This document shows, in pieces, positions 39,678 through 40,340 of a DNA stretch of 40,340 nt. The DNA is taken from UHGV virus genome UHGV-1357953, one strand, 5' to 3'. Below the pieces are notes generated by a model. The model had not been told where the DNA came from. It searched no databases and saw only the letters and a program-made list of their open reading frames with translations. The position numbers were made by a program, and so were the translations under genes. The DNA comes from a virus. Position 1 is the first letter of the stretch, and every line of letters begins with the position of its first letter.

Positions 39678-40340
39678 AACAGGATATCGAAGCGAGCGTT
39701 ATCGGTGGCCTGCTGATTGGTGGATTAACACCAACCGCCAGCGACGTTCTGGCAACGCTGGAGCCGGAAGCGTTTTCAATTCCGCTCTACCGGAAAGCCT
39801 TCGAGGTTATCCGCAAGCAGGCGCGAAACAGAAACCTAATCGACGCGCTGATGGTTGCCGAGGCGTGCGGAGAGGAGCATTTCACGTCAATCCTGATGAC
39901 CAGCAAAAACTGCCCGAGTGCCGCAAACCTGAAGGGATATGCCGGAATGGTCGCGGATAACTATCACCGCCGTCTGGTGCTGGAAATCATGGATGAAATG
40001 CGTGAACCAATTCAGAGCGGAACCATCGATACATCGAGTCAGGCGATGGACGAGCTCGTAAAGCGTCTTTCAGCTATCAGAAAGCCCCGTGACGAGGTTA
40101 AACCTGTACGGTTAGGGGAAATCATCACCGACTACACTGACACGCTTGACAGGCGTCTGAGGAACGGAGAAGAGTCCGATACCCTGAAGACCGGAATCGA
40201 AGAGCTTGACGCTATCACCGGAGGGATGAACGCAGAAGACCTGGTGATAATCGCTGCTCGTCCTGGTATGGGGAAAACCGAACTGGCGCTGAAGATTGCC
40301 GAAGGCGTTGCAAGCCGCGTTATTCCTGGTTCTGACGTCC
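39674..40340 (+). CDS. DnaB-like replicative helicase, N-terminal 222 codons including Walker A ([17 protein letters not shown]); runs off window end, C-terminal part inverted at 38177..37416
   Basis: ATG 39674 overlapping the O stop; N-terminal DnaB-like domain; last 55 nt are the reverse complement of 38126..38180. Confidence 0.8.
   Translation, partial: MKQDIEASVIGGLLIGGLTPTASDVLATLEPEAFSIPLYRKAFEVIRKQARNRNLIDALMVAEACGEEHFTSILMTSKNCPSAANLKGYAGMVADNYHRRLVLEIMDEMREPIQSGTIDTSSQAMDELVKRLSAIRKPRDEVKPVRLGEIITDYTDTLDRRLRNGEESDTLKTGIEELDAITGGMNAEDLVIIAARPGMGKTELALKIAEGVASRVIPGSDV
40286..40340. repeat. Terminal 55-bp segment, exact reverse complement of 38126..38180 (inverted overlap B)
   Basis: Direct comparison; identity stops exactly at 40285/38181. 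Confidence 0.9.

Noticed and set aside
38126-40340. Programmed invertible segment (Gin/Hin or shufflon type) as the explanation for the inverted cII-O-helicase block
   Set aside because: No invertase gene nearby, breakpoints lie inside two essential genes, the flanking repeats are exactly 55 bp (k-mer sized) at the contig ends, and the record carries an N-gap; a mis-join is more parsimonious, though not excluded without reads.

Overview
The window reads as an essentially complete (~40 kb) mosaic lambdoid temperate phage genome with no host flanking DNA. Plus strand, 242-8998: lambda-type immunity and early-left region (cro, a cI whose C-terminal domain is lambda CI-like, pL-nutL-N, cIII, kil-like, Rad52-like annealase, SSB, Ea22/DUF551 accessory genes, AlpA-type excisionase). 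8979-10470: tyrosine integrase and an intact attP with five TTTGGTAC(G/A)C arm-type repeats. Minus strand, 11123-30766: P22-like podovirus virion module (TerS, TerL, portal, scaffold, coat, gp4, gp10, needle, ejection proteins, tailspike with P22-type head-binding N-terminus), interrupted at 13394-16499 by an immI-like antirepressor region. 31730-37330: lambda-like Q-pR'-6S-S-R-Rz/Rz1 cassette and nin region. The most striking observation is structural: the replication module (cII-O-DnaB-like helicase) is split and 38178..40340 is inverted relative to the rest, with both window ends being exact 55-bp reverse-complement copies of the sequence flanking the junction at 38177/38178. I read this as a probable contig mis-orientation in a draft assembly (a 10-N gap also sits inside a (GCTCTG)n repeat at 24149..24158), not a biological inversion. 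All protein identifications are from recalled family signatures and memory of lambda/P22 proteins; no database search was run.
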